IMG/VR virus record: IMGVR_UViG_3300024259_002152
Location: 1 to 64,000 of that record
DNA length: 64,000 nt
Strand: one strand, 5' to 3'
Within the stretch, counting starts at the first letter, position 1. Every line of letters begins with the position of its first letter. The translations under genes and the position numbers were made by a program. Shown here one piece after another: positions 9,753-18,115 of this stretch. The notes below the pieces were generated by a model. It did not search any database. It was not told the origin of the DNA and saw only the letters and a list, made by a program, of their open reading frames with translations.

Positions 9753-10431
9753 TTATCACCTCATTATATATTCTTTGTTTTAGCTTTTTAATATAAATCG
9801 GATTATTTTGTTTCCAGAAATTAATTATTACAAAAAGAGGAGAAGGGATATTTAGTATAGTATTTATTTCTGGGTTTGTTTCTCCAAAAGATTCCGAAAC
9901 TAGCCATTGTTTTATACTTTCTTTATTCTGAGGATTTTGGTAGGCATTTTTTACATATTCTATTAATTCTCGACTATAGGCATCGAATTCTGTGGGTTTG
10001 GACCAATCGCTCATATTCGGATACTGTTTTTGAAGGGAGATTATTTTAGGATCTATAGAATGAGATAATTCATGATATAATTGATTAGTTAAGATATTTT
10101 TTAAATAATTCTCATCTATTCTTTCTGGAAAGACATTTACTTCTTTATATATATTAAAATAGATATTTCCAGTAATTCTATCCCTTTGTGCGGGTATATT
10201 CCCTGCTTGTTCTACAAATTTATTATTAATATAGATATTAGAGGAAACATTTTGATTGGAATATTTATCAAGAAATGAAATTGTTCCTATTTGTATAGGT
10301 GAGGAGGGGAGACTCTGAAAATTTTTATAAAAAAGTAGAATATTTTTAATTATTGTTTCTATTTGTGGATAAATTTCAGGAGGAAGTTTGAGAGTATTGG
10401 AGCTTATTTTAACTTTTTTATACCAATTCAT
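9736..10431 (-). CDS. HExxH zinc metallopeptidase-like protein
   Basis: YHELSHSID followed by PTEFDAY (candidate third ligand Glu). Likely start is MNWYKK at 10431. Confidence 0.55.
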   Translation of the reverse strand: MNWYKKVKISSNTLKLPPEIYPQIETIIKNILLFYKNFQSLPSSPIQIGTISFLDKYSNQNVSSNIYINNKFVEQAGNIPAQRDRITGNIYFNIYKEVNVFPERIDENYLKNILTNQLYHELSHSIDPKIISLQKQYPNMSDWSKPTEFDAYSRELIEYVKNAYQNPQNKESIKQWLVSESFGETNPEINTILNIPSPLFVIINFWKQNNPIYIKKLKQRIYNEVINQNIT

Positions 10432-10480
10432 ATTATATTCATTATAAGAAAAACAGAAATATCCTTTATAACCCCTCCTC

Positions 10481-10498
10481 CCTATCGATATCGACCCC
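10481..10498. repeat. Direct repeat copy 2, cctatcgatatcgacccc
   Basis: Exact match to 9071-9088. Confidence 0.85.
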
Positions 10499-10548
10499 AT
10501 TTCCCCTATCTCCTAACTCTTTATTTTTCAAGCACTTATCTTTTTTAC

Positions 10549-10576
10549 TTGAAAGTGAAAGTAGATTCCTTATAAT
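10549..10576 (+). promoter_or_regulatory. Sigma70-like (early) promoter
   Basis: TTGAAA-N16-TATAAT; spacer begins GTGAAAG. Confidence 0.75.
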
Positions 10577-10586
10577 TATTTTTATC

Positions 10587-11057
10587 ATGAGATATAGAGT
10601 AAAAAGAGAAGTAAAAGCAATAATCAAGCAATACAAATTAGATTGTTCTGTTGAGGAGTTCGGGGATAAAGTAGATTGGGAAATGGTTTCTTTGTATCAA
10701 AATTGTTCTGAAAATTTTATTGAGGAATACAAGGACAGAGTAGATTGGATATTTATTTCAGTTTATAAAAAGAATCTTTCAGAAGAGTTTATTGAAAAAT
10801 ATGAAGATAGAGTATCTTGGGATTGTATTTCTGGTTGTCAAAAGCTTTCGGAAGATTTTATAAGAAGGTTTAAAAGTAGATTACGTTTGGACCATTTGCT
10901 TTGTAATTGGAATGTAAGCATATCATATCGGTTATGGGAAGAAATGGAAGAGTTAGGACGCAAACGGTTTGATCAGGTGATTGAGTGTTCGACAGGGGGA
11001 GAGGTTCCTTTAGAGTATGACCTTATCGACAATCGTTTTGACATATTAGATTTATAA
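10587..11057 (+). CDS. Tryptophan-repeat protein with RFDILDL tail
   Basis: Three ~23-aa repeats (VDW..IS..QKLSE.FI..Y.D); ends NRFDILDL. Confidence 0.7.
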   Translation: MRYRVKREVKAIIKQYKLDCSVEEFGDKVDWEMVSLYQNCSENFIEEYKDRVDWIFISVYKKNLSEEFIEKYEDRVSWDCISGCQKLSEDFIRRFKSRLRLDHLLCNWNVSISYRLWEEMEELGRKRFDQVIECSTGGEVPLEYDLIDNRFDILDL

Positions 11058-11107
11058 ACACATCTTTTCACTAACTCCTTATTCTATAACTACTTATCAA
11101 TTTTTGT

Positions 11108-11135
11108 TTGAAAGTGAAAGAGGAATCACTATAAT
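11108..11135 (+). promoter_or_regulatory. Sigma70-like (early) promoter
   Basis: TTGAAA-N16-TATAAT; the ~65-bp region is homologous to 10513-10576. Confidence 0.75.
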
Positions 11136-11158
11136 TAGTTTTTATTTAGGAGTAAGTA

Positions 11159-11503
11159 ATGAGTAAGAATAAAGAAGAGATTTTACAAGAGTATATTGAC
11201 TATAGGCGTGTTAATGATGTTAAAGATGAGGTAATAGATAATATATTTTTAAATGAGATGGTATGGTCAGATGGAGATGGGAATGATTGTCATTTATTCA
11301 AAGACCATGGGCGTATAAAAACGTTTTTTGAGAATATTATTTTAGGAAGACATGCAGATGATAATCCTATTAGGGCATGGGGAGGAAAAGGTAATGTATG
11401 TGGGACTATGTATCGAAATGCTGTAATAGTTGATAATATTAATGAAGCAATATTTAACAGGATATATGAAGAATTAGAGAAAAGAGATTTTAGAATAAGA
11501 TAA
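11159..11503 (+). CDS. Hypothetical protein
   Basis: 114 aa with AGGAG RBS. Confidence 0.6.
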   Translation: MSKNKEEILQEYIDYRRVNDVKDEVIDNIFLNEMVWSDGDGNDCHLFKDHGRIKTFFENIILGRHADDNPIRAWGGKGNVCGTMYRNAVIVDNINEAIFNRIYEELEKRDFRIR

Positions 11504-11529
11504 GAGGCATAAGAAATTGGGAGTTAGTT

Positions 11530-11745
11530 ATGAAGGTAAAAGAATTAATAAAAGAGTTAGAGAATAAAGATCCAGAGATGGAGGTATTTCTTTATAATCA
11601 ATCTGATGGTGCTCAAGGTCCATTATCACGAATAGAGATAAAAAAAGAGTATTGGACAGTTGAAAATATTCCCAAGGAAGTTGACCCATATGATGTAGTT
11701 GTATTTGTTTCATGGCAAAAAATATTAGGAATAAATAATGGGTGA
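11530..11745 (+). CDS. Small hypothetical phage protein
   Basis: MKVKELIKELENKDPEMEV start is a common phage small-protein pattern. Confidence 0.6.
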   Translation: MKVKELIKELENKDPEMEVFLYNQSDGAQGPLSRIEIKKEYWTVENIPKEVDPYDVVVFVSWQKILGINNG

Positions 11746-11914
11746 AAAAAGATGGTTAGAGAGATATAAAGAATGGCTTGGGGGAGTTTTTGAAGATCCA
11801 GGAGATAATATTTTATGGCAGATCCAAAGTCTTACAATAGGGGATTTTCAAATAGATAATGATTTTGTTGAGTCGGGGCCAATTAATAGTCGTTTTGAGA
11901 TTTTAGATTTATGA
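11738..11914 (+). CDS. 58-aa protein with RFEILDL tail (not in track)
   Basis: MGEKRWLERYKEWLGG...GPINSRFEILDL*; start overlaps the upstream stop. Confidence 0.7.
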   Translation: MGEKRWLERYKEWLGGVFEDPGDNILWQIQSLTIGDFQIDNDFVESGPINSRFEILDL

Positions 11915-11936
11915 GTTCATATAAGAGAAAGAAATC

Positions 11937-12521
11937 ATGAAAGAATCAGTCAAAAAAGAGATAGAAGAAATAATGGAAAAGTTTAAGAACAAGGACGCAT
12001 TCGTTTTTCCTATTGATAGTATTTTAGAAATGTTTGGTGCTTCTCCTATAAAATTTGAGAATAGGATAGATTGGTCATATCTTTCTCGTTATGGGAATTT
12101 GTCAGAAGATTTTATGAGAGAATTTAAAAATAGAATAGATTGGCATTGGGCATCTGGTCGTCAAAAATTATCTGAAGATTTTATTAGAGAAGTGCAAAAC
12201 AAAGTATATTGGGGAGATATTTTACAATTTCAAAAATTATCTGAATCATTTATTAGGGAGATGAGAGGTAGAATAAATAAAAATGAGGATAGGCTTAAAT
12301 TTGTTCGGGAACATCAAAATATATCGAATGAATTAAGGCAAGAAATAAATATTGGGGAGATATTATCTGCTGAAGATGCTGCTGCTGTTTTTCATTATTC
12401 TCCTCCTCCTCGTAATCCTTATGCCTCATATAAGAAGAAATCATCTTCTTCTAAAATAACAAAAGCAGTTTCTTTTGTCGATGATTTTATTAATGACCGT
12501 TTTGAGATTTTAGATTTATAG
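11937..12521 (+). CDS. Tryptophan-repeat protein with RFEILDL tail
   Basis: Three repeats RIDW...LSEDF.RE..N; ends NDRFEILDL. Confidence 0.7.
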   Translation: MKESVKKEIEEIMEKFKNKDAFVFPIDSILEMFGASPIKFENRIDWSYLSRYGNLSEDFMREFKNRIDWHWASGRQKLSEDFIREVQNKVYWGDILQFQKLSESFIREMRGRINKNEDRLKFVREHQNISNELRQEINIGEILSAEDAAAVFHYSPPPRNPYASYKKKSSSSKITKAVSFVDDFINDRFEILDL

Positions 12522-12531
12522 GAATATAGAT

Positions 12532-12981
12532 TTGGTCAATTTCGTAGAGGACTATTTTAAGAGAAAAAATCGTATTATGGCGCATTTTATTGGACAAGAT
12601 ATAGTTCTTCCTAGTCAAATAGCGGATATATTAGACGTGCCATATACAGATATAATACATTTGGGAAGCGAATTGAAAAATATCACTATTCTTTCGCAGA
12701 TGAAACATTCAGATATTTTGAGTGATATTTATTCTTTGGGATTATCAAAATTAATTTTAGTATACAATTTCTATCCAGAGATGAATTTCTATTTTATAAT
12801 GAAGAATAGAAAAGCTCTTAAAATTAAATATTCAGAATGGAGTTCTTCTTATAATAATAGGGCTAACGGGCATATTTCTCATCGGATTTTTTGCATATTT
12901 GAAAAATTTAAAATAGAAGGGTTAAAAGGCAAGTCCATGAGTGTTTCGGTTCCGAGTCGTTTTGAGATTTTAGATTTATGA
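12532..12981 (+). CDS. Hypothetical protein with RFEILDL tail
   Basis: Ends PSRFEILDL; start codon uncertain (TTG at 12532 or a downstream ATG). Confidence 0.6.
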   Translation: MVNFVEDYFKRKNRIMAHFIGQDIVLPSQIADILDVPYTDIIHLGSELKNITILSQMKHSDILSDIYSLGLSKLILVYNFYPEMNFYFIMKNRKALKIKYSEWSSSYNNRANGHISHRIFCIFEKFKIEGLKGKSMSVSVPSRFEILDL

Positions 12982-13343
12982 GTAGATATTATAGATTAAA
13001 TAAGGACCACAGTGTAGAGTCAATTTCTGATGATGACATACAGGCATGGGCTCAGGATTTTAATGATCATCCTGAGAATAAAATAGTTGAGCATACAGTG
13101 GTAGGAAAAGGAGTAGGGGTATCGACTGTTTTTTTAGGCATAAATCATGCTTTTGATGATTATGCTGATCCTATTTTATTTGAAACTATGGTATTTGGTG
13201 GGGATCATAACGATCATATGGAGAGATATACGACATGGGATGAGGCAGTTAAGGGTCATGAGAAGATAGTAAAAATGTGTGGGGGAAGAATAAAAGAAGA
13301 TGATGAAGTAATCAACAACAGATTTGATATATTAGATTTATAG
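12978..13343 (+). CDS. Hypothetical phage protein with RFDILDL tail
   Basis: Core VSTVFLGINH...LFETMVFGG...RYTTWDEAVKGH; ends NNRFDILDL. Confidence 0.65.
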   Translation: MSRYYRLNKDHSVESISDDDIQAWAQDFNDHPENKIVEHTVVGKGVGVSTVFLGINHAFDDYADPILFETMVFGGDHNDHMERYTTWDEAVKGHEKIVKMCGGRIKEDDEVINNRFDILDL

Positions 13344-13346
13344 AAA

Positions 13347-14498
13347 TTATTCTCTTTTTTCTAATTTACATGCTGCTGAAATAGTAAAGACATCTAGTCC
13401 AGATAGGTCATCAGAGATTATCCATTGTAATCTGTCTTGATTTTCTGGTTTAAGGACTAGAGGTTCTGCCACATAAGAAATTCCAGATAGCCATGATCCA
13501 CCTGCTGGGTTGGTTCCTCCATATGCTGTTAATCTTGTATCTGGAATGGCAAATATATCGGAAAATTTGCGAAAAGAATTTTGGCTTTCTATTTCGTCGC
13601 TTACAATTCTTTGATATACAATTCCATTAGATAGCTCAGCAACTCCGAAGAATGAATTATATGGTATTCCAGGCATGGTGCTATCTGCCAATATGGTTGA
13701 ATAACTATCATCTGCGAAAACAAAAGTAAATGATAAAACATGAAGCCACGTTCCTAGGTCTGGTTCTATACTAAATGTGGCAGATGAAATATCTGATGTT
13801 CCTCCTTTTTCTTGAACATCTATTTCATCGAGAAAATAATCTGGAGGGGAACCTACTCCTATATCTACAGTAGTTATTCTAAAAGCATCGATTGTTTGTG
13901 CTGTAAGAGACATGTCTTCTAGTGGTATAGTAAATTTTTGCCATGTGGTAGTAATTCCTGTATTGACATAATCTCCAATATTTACTGTAGTTCCTACTTG
14001 TGCCCCAGCTCCTGTGTCCCATCCTATTAAATTTGCAGCTTTGGTTCCTGTAGTCGTCCATGCTGAGATTGCTATCCATCCTGTTATAGTTGTGTAATTG
14101 GTTAAATCTAAATTAGAACCTTTCGCTAATTGCATAGTATCATTATTAGATGTTGTTGTTGCATCTATCATAACTGTTCCGCTATGTGGGGAGATAGCTC
14201 CAACTGCTCCGCTATTAAAAACCCATCCTCCTCCTACAATAATAGATGTTGCCCATTCTGTATCTTCATCATATACTGGTTCTGGGGTTCCTCCGAAAAC
14301 TCCAGCTTGTATATTCATATTGATTCCAAAAGTCGGATTGGAGAAATATAAGGCGCTATTTTCAAATCGACGGAGAGGATATGTGGCTACAACTACTGCA
14401 TTTTTATCACAGCAATCGATTATGTCTCCGTCATTAACAGTGACTATATGAGCATTTCTATGATCTCTTGGATCTGTTATGTAGGTATCTATTCCCAT
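13347..14498 (-). CDS. Probable virion/fibre-like protein with a carbohydrate-binding-like beta sandwich
   Basis: WQKFTIPLEDM...IDAFRIT...YFLDEIDV resembles CBM-type domains; last gene of the minus-strand paralogue cluster. Confidence 0.45.
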   Translation of the reverse strand: MGIDTYITDPRDHRNAHIVTVNDGDIIDCCDKNAVVVATYPLRRFENSALYFSNPTFGINMNIQAGVFGGTPEPVYDEDTEWATSIIVGGGWVFNSGAVGAISPHSGTVMIDATTTSNNDTMQLAKGSNLDLTNYTTITGWIAISAWTTTGTKAANLIGWDTGAGAQVGTTVNIGDYVNTGITTTWQKFTIPLEDMSLTAQTIDAFRITTVDIGVGSPPDYFLDEIDVQEKGGTSDISSATFSIEPDLGTWLHVLSFTFVFADDSYSTILADSTMPGIPYNSFFGVAELSNGIVYQRIVSDEIESQNSFRKFSDIFAIPDTRLTAYGGTNPAGGSWLSGISYVAEPLVLKPENQDRLQWIISDDLSGLDVFTISAACKLEKRE

Positions 14499-14500
14499 TT

Positions 14501-15085
14501 TTATCCTACTGTCGTAGAGTGATAATTAAATACCAAAGTTCCATCTATTTCTGTATCAAGATTTGTTGCATATAGTGTAATTAGATTATTTTTAGGGACG
14601 ATAATATCTTGTTCGAAATTGAAATGACTTGTTGTGTCAGAAGAGCTTATATATATTCTTTGTAATTCTACTCCTCCAGATAATCCTGTTATTTCATCTC
14701 CTCCTTTAAACACTCCGTCTGCTGTTTTCCCGCTTCCAAGATTTAGATTGGCAGGACTAATATCGCTTCCTCCTACTTGTGTTCCGCTATCCTTTCCTAT
14801 TACTTTTATTATTTCTGTTTGTCCTGTTCCTCCCAATCTTAGATCGATTCCTTCAAGGACCATTTCTCCTTCATGAGTATTTTGGATATATAGGAAACAA
14901 ACATCTCCAGTTGTATTTGACGGGTCGTCATATGCTGGGGTTTGTTGGAATATTAAATTAAAAGCAAGTCCTTCATCATGATTTATATGGTGTTCTGTTG
15001 ATGATGTTACTGCTATTGTTTTTAATCTATTCTCTGTGCTGACTCCAGCGGTTCTTCCTGATCCTTGTCCATCTTCTATTAGCAT
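14501..15085 (-). CDS. IEDGxGSG-family paralogue 3
   Basis: MLIEDGQGSGRTAGVSTENRLKT; C-terminus FEQDIIVP...EIDGTLVFNYH. Confidence 0.65.
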   Translation of the reverse strand: MLIEDGQGSGRTAGVSTENRLKTIAVTSSTEHHINHDEGLAFNLIFQQTPAYDDPSNTTGDVCFLYIQNTHEGEMVLEGIDLRLGGTGQTEIIKVIGKDSGTQVGGSDISPANLNLGSGKTADGVFKGGDEITGLSGGVELQRIYISSSDTTSHFNFEQDIIVPKNNLITLYATNLDTEIDGTLVFNYHSTTVG

Positions 15086-15101
15086 TTCATTCCCCTTTTA
15101 A

Positions 15102-15653
15102 TTATGAGTTTGTTTGGTGGTAATGGAAAACCAGTGTTCCATCTATTTCTATTCCTCCTGTAACGGCATGGAGGCATAGAGTTTGATTAGGAGGAACTAT
15201 TAAATCTTGTTCGAAATTATAATATGAACTAGTATTGCTGCCTGTTATATAAAATCTTTCAACTGTATTTCCATGAGTAAGTCCAGTGATGCCGTCATCA
15301 ACAATAAATGTTCCATCAGCGTTATTCCCACTTCCCGCATTACAGTTGGCAGGAACGGCAGCAGTTCCAACAGCAGTCCCTGTAGTTTTTAGTTTTACTT
15401 CAATTTGTTCATCACTAGATGTTCTTAACAGTATTCCTTCTACTATTAGATTTACTCCATTACCATTTTTCATATAGACAAAACAGCAGTCGGCAGAAGA
15501 AGGAGTTTTTTGAAACAACAACTGGTATGCTGTTCCTTCGCTCACATTAGAATGGTGTTCTAAAGTTTGTGTTATTGCATGGGTTAATAGTCTATTTTCA
15601 GCATTAACCTCTGCTTTTTTTCCTGATCCTTTCCCATCTTCTATAATAGCCAT
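15102..15653 (-). CDS. IEDGxGSG-family paralogue 2
   Basis: MAIIEDGKGSGKKAEVNAENRLLT; C-terminus FEQDLIVP...EIDGTLVFHYH. Confidence 0.65.
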   Translation of the reverse strand: MAIIEDGKGSGKKAEVNAENRLLTHAITQTLEHHSNVSEGTAYQLLFQKTPSSADCCFVYMKNGNGVNLIVEGILLRTSSDEQIEVKLKTTGTAVGTAAVPANCNAGSGNNADGTFIVDDGITGLTHGNTVERFYITGSNTSSYYNFEQDLIVPPNQTLCLHAVTGGIEIDGTLVFHYHQTNS

Positions 15654-15674
15654 TATTATTTTCCTATAAAGTAT

Positions 15675-16262
15675 TTAATGTTTTGCCATCATCAAAAAAG
15701 ATAATCTAGTATAAATTGTTCCAGAGGTTTGGTTTCCAATATATGACAACTCTAGTGTACCATTTTGTCCAATTACAATAGAACCTTCTTTATTAAATGT
15801 ATTCATATCTCCGTTTGCTTTGGTGTGCCATCTGTCTATTTCTGATTCTGTTCCAGTCAAAGTAGGATTATCTGTGTACACGGTTACTTCTGCTGCATTT
15901 CCACTAGTTGTATTGAGATTTATGGGAATTGTTGTTGTTCCTCCAGAAGAATATGTTCTTCCCAAAGCAATGCTATAATAATTATTAATATTGGGGAAAG
16001 AGGTTCCTCCAGAAGAATCTATTATTTGATGGCGACAATATGTTATAATTAAATCTAGAGTAGAGGAGTCATTAGTAATATGCAGAGGAACTACTGTTCC
16101 GTTAGAGAGGGTTGTTGTTCCTATCACTTGATAAGCTTGTCCTTCATTATGGCTGATCGAATGTTGTATTGATTCTGAAAATGTTCTTGCTAACAAGCGA
16201 TTATCATTATCGATTCCAGCTTTTTTTCCTGAACCTTTTCCATCTTCTATAATAATACCCAT
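15675..16262 (-). CDS. IEDGxGSG-family paralogue 1
   Basis: MGIIIEDGKGSGKKAGIDNDNRLLA. Confidence 0.65.
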   Translation of the reverse strand: MGIIIEDGKGSGKKAGIDNDNRLLARTFSESIQHSISHNEGQAYQVIGTTTLSNGTVVPLHITNDSSTLDLIITYCRHQIIDSSGGTSFPNINNYYSIALGRTYSSGGTTTIPINLNTTSGNAAEVTVYTDNPTLTGTESEIDRWHTKANGDMNTFNKEGSIVIGQNGTLELSYIGNQTSGTIYTRLSFLMMAKH

Positions 16263-16276
16263 AACTTATTTCCTAT

Positions 16277-16504
16277 TTAGGATTTATCTCTATAGTTTCT
16301 AGCATCTTCTTCGTGTAGTTTTGTATTGGTCGTCATTTCTAATTGCAGATTAAATTTTTTCAATTCTTTTAGGATTTTTTGCAAGAGCATCATTTCTTCT
16401 ACAGATACGGTTAGTAGCTCATTATTTTCTTCTCCTGCTATGCCTATTGGTTTAGCAGTTGAGTCTATATCTTTTCCAAATCCTAATACATTCTTATTTG
16501 TCAT
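16277..16504 (-). CDS. Small protein paralogous to the C-terminus of 16528..17097
   Basis: FGKDIDSTAKPIGIAGEENNELLTV vs FGKDPDDEAQPIGISGEETNEVLTV. Confidence 0.65.
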   Translation of the reverse strand: MTNKNVLGFGKDIDSTAKPIGIAGEENNELLTVSVEEMMLLQKILKELKKFNLQLEMTTNTKLHEEDARNYRDKS

Positions 16505-16527
16505 TCTCTTTTTTGAAGAAAAAACCT

Positions 16528-17097
16528 TTAATTATCTTGTGTTGTAACATGAATTTCTTTGTTTTTAATCTCATTTCCTGTAATTATAGCCATTTGAATG
16601 TTGGCTTTTATTAATTCGACATATATTTCTTCTAGGACTGTTGCGACATCTATATCTACTGTTAGAACTTCGTTAGTTTCTTCTCCTGATATACCTATTG
16701 GCTGAGCTTCATCGTCGGGATCTTTTCCGAACAGAAGGATACCATCTGTATCATCTGTTATTTCTTCACCTTCTGATACTTGATTAATTAGTTCATTTTC
16801 CTCGGCAGAAGTGATTGCTTCATCTATTTCATCAGAAGAGATTGGTCCAGGTAGGTCGTTATCGTATATTTTTTCTTTGGAGAAAGAAACTATCCCAGAT
16901 TTAACTAGATCAGTTAGAACAATAGAATGTCCAATTTTTTCTTTTGTATAGTATTGTAGTGCATCTATTGTTTCATTTGGAGAGATAGCAGGTAGAAGGA
17001 GCAGATCTCCTATTGTTATTTTATTGTTGGAATCATTGGTTATAAACCATGATTCTCTATAATTTTCTGCTGTTCTAACATCCATTATTCTTCTCAA
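16528..17097 (-). CDS. Two-module hypothetical protein
   Basis: N-terminus matches 17075..17320 (ITIGDL.LLP.I.P); C-terminus matches 16277..16504. Confidence 0.65.
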   Translation of the reverse strand: MRRIMDVRTAENYRESWFITNDSNNKITIGDLLLLPAISPNETIDALQYYTKEKIGHSIVLTDLVKSGIVSFSKEKIYDNDLPGPISSDEIDEAITSAEENELINQVSEGEEITDDTDGILLFGKDPDDEAQPIGISGEETNEVLTVDIDVATVLEEIYVELIKANIQMAIITGNEIKNKEIHVTTQDN

Positions 17098-17320
17098 TTG
17101 TTTGTTCTTTTTTTTCTATTGTGATTTTTTTATTTTGGACTAAGAACGTGAGCATTTGGGAATCTACTATTTTTTCGCGGGAGTAGAACCTTAGGAGATT
17201 AACTGTTTTATCTGGTTTAATAACTGGCAGTAATGGTAGATCTCCTATGGTAATATTCGTTGGAGTGATATTTTTGGCGAACCACATTTCTTTATTAGAT
17301 TTTTCTATTTCTATTGGCAT
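17075..17320 (-). CDS. Small protein, WxxxNxxxxxITIGDL module
   Basis: WFAKNITPTNITIGDLPLLPVIKP. Confidence 0.6.
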   Translation of the reverse strand: MPIEIEKSNKEMWFAKNITPTNITIGDLPLLPVIKPDKTVNLLRFYSREKIVDSQMLTFLVQNKKITIEKKEQTIEKNNGC

Positions 17321-17321
17321 A

Positions 17322-17840
17322 TTATACTATCGACTTATTAGTATTAATAGTCATATCGCCTCCTACATTATTTGTGATATTGACAGTAGGAGGGTTGAGA
17401 GGATGATCATATTGATGAGGCATGCGATTTCCATATATTGAGCTACGCCAATCAGTAACTCCATCGAGATACTTAGCAGCTTCGAGTGATCTGCTTGGGG
17501 TAACATTTTTTCTATCTATATCTAGATATCTAAGAGATTCTCTTGCCATACCTTGTAGTGTTGGTCCTGGTATATCGTCGTCTTCATATTCAGTTTTTAG
17601 ATCTTCTACTAGATTGACGCATCTATTGAAAGCTTTGACTGCTCTTGTTGATTCATCTTTAGGATATTTCCAAGCTTCTGAGAATAGTGGGAATGAGTGA
17701 ACTTCATTCATAAATACAGCGGTTAGAACTATTCTTTTTTTTGATTCTGTCAGTTGGACTTTACAGGTATAAGCGTCTTTGTCCATTGTGTCATTAAAGT
17801 CTGTTGTGTGTCCCTTGGTCATATATGCCAGTTTTATCAT
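17322..17840 (-). CDS. Hypothetical protein
   Basis: 172 aa; first gene downstream of two minus-strand late-type promoters. Confidence 0.6.
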   Translation of the reverse strand: MIKLAYMTKGHTTDFNDTMDKDAYTCKVQLTESKKRIVLTAVFMNEVHSFPLFSEAWKYPKDESTRAVKAFNRCVNLVEDLKTEYEDDDIPGPTLQGMARESLRYLDIDRKNVTPSRSLEAAKYLDGVTDWRSSIYGNRMPHQYDHPLNPPTVNITNNVGGDMTINTNKSIV

Positions 17841-17920
17841 TTTATTTTTTTGGACAGACCAATAGTAGAAGAAGTTATAACTTTTTCTTTTAGACTTTTA
17901 GTTTTGAACCAATTCATAGT

Positions 17921-17995
17921 ATTACATTCTATTATTGCAGGTTTAATCCTTTTTCTCTTTCTATTATTTATTCCACATTAACAGATTTAATCCTT
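17921..17995 (-). promoter_or_regulatory. Tandem late-type promoters (AAGG-N19-AAT, two copies)
   Basis: Minus strand: AAGG attaaatctgttaatgtgg AATAAATA and AAGG attaaacctgcaataatag AATGTAAT. Confidence 0.55.
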
Positions 17996-18115
17996 TTATT
18001 TGTTTATATTTTGGGAGAATAATAGAGGAATAATTATCCATTATAATAAGTTATATGCAGAACTATAACATCATTTAAGACAAGGACTTATTAAGGGTTT
18101 TTACCGAGGATAGCT

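Noticed and set aside
10432-10500. Track start (MGSISIGRRG...) for the HExxH gene
   Set aside because: This extension runs through the direct repeat and the late-type promoter; MNWYKK at 10431 is the more plausible start.
11020-13343. RFxILDL-coding DNA as a CRISPR repeat, attC site or DGR template/variable repeat
   Set aside because: Copies are irregularly spaced and differ at synonymous positions. No reverse transcriptase, integrase or cas gene is present, and there is no adenine-specific variation.
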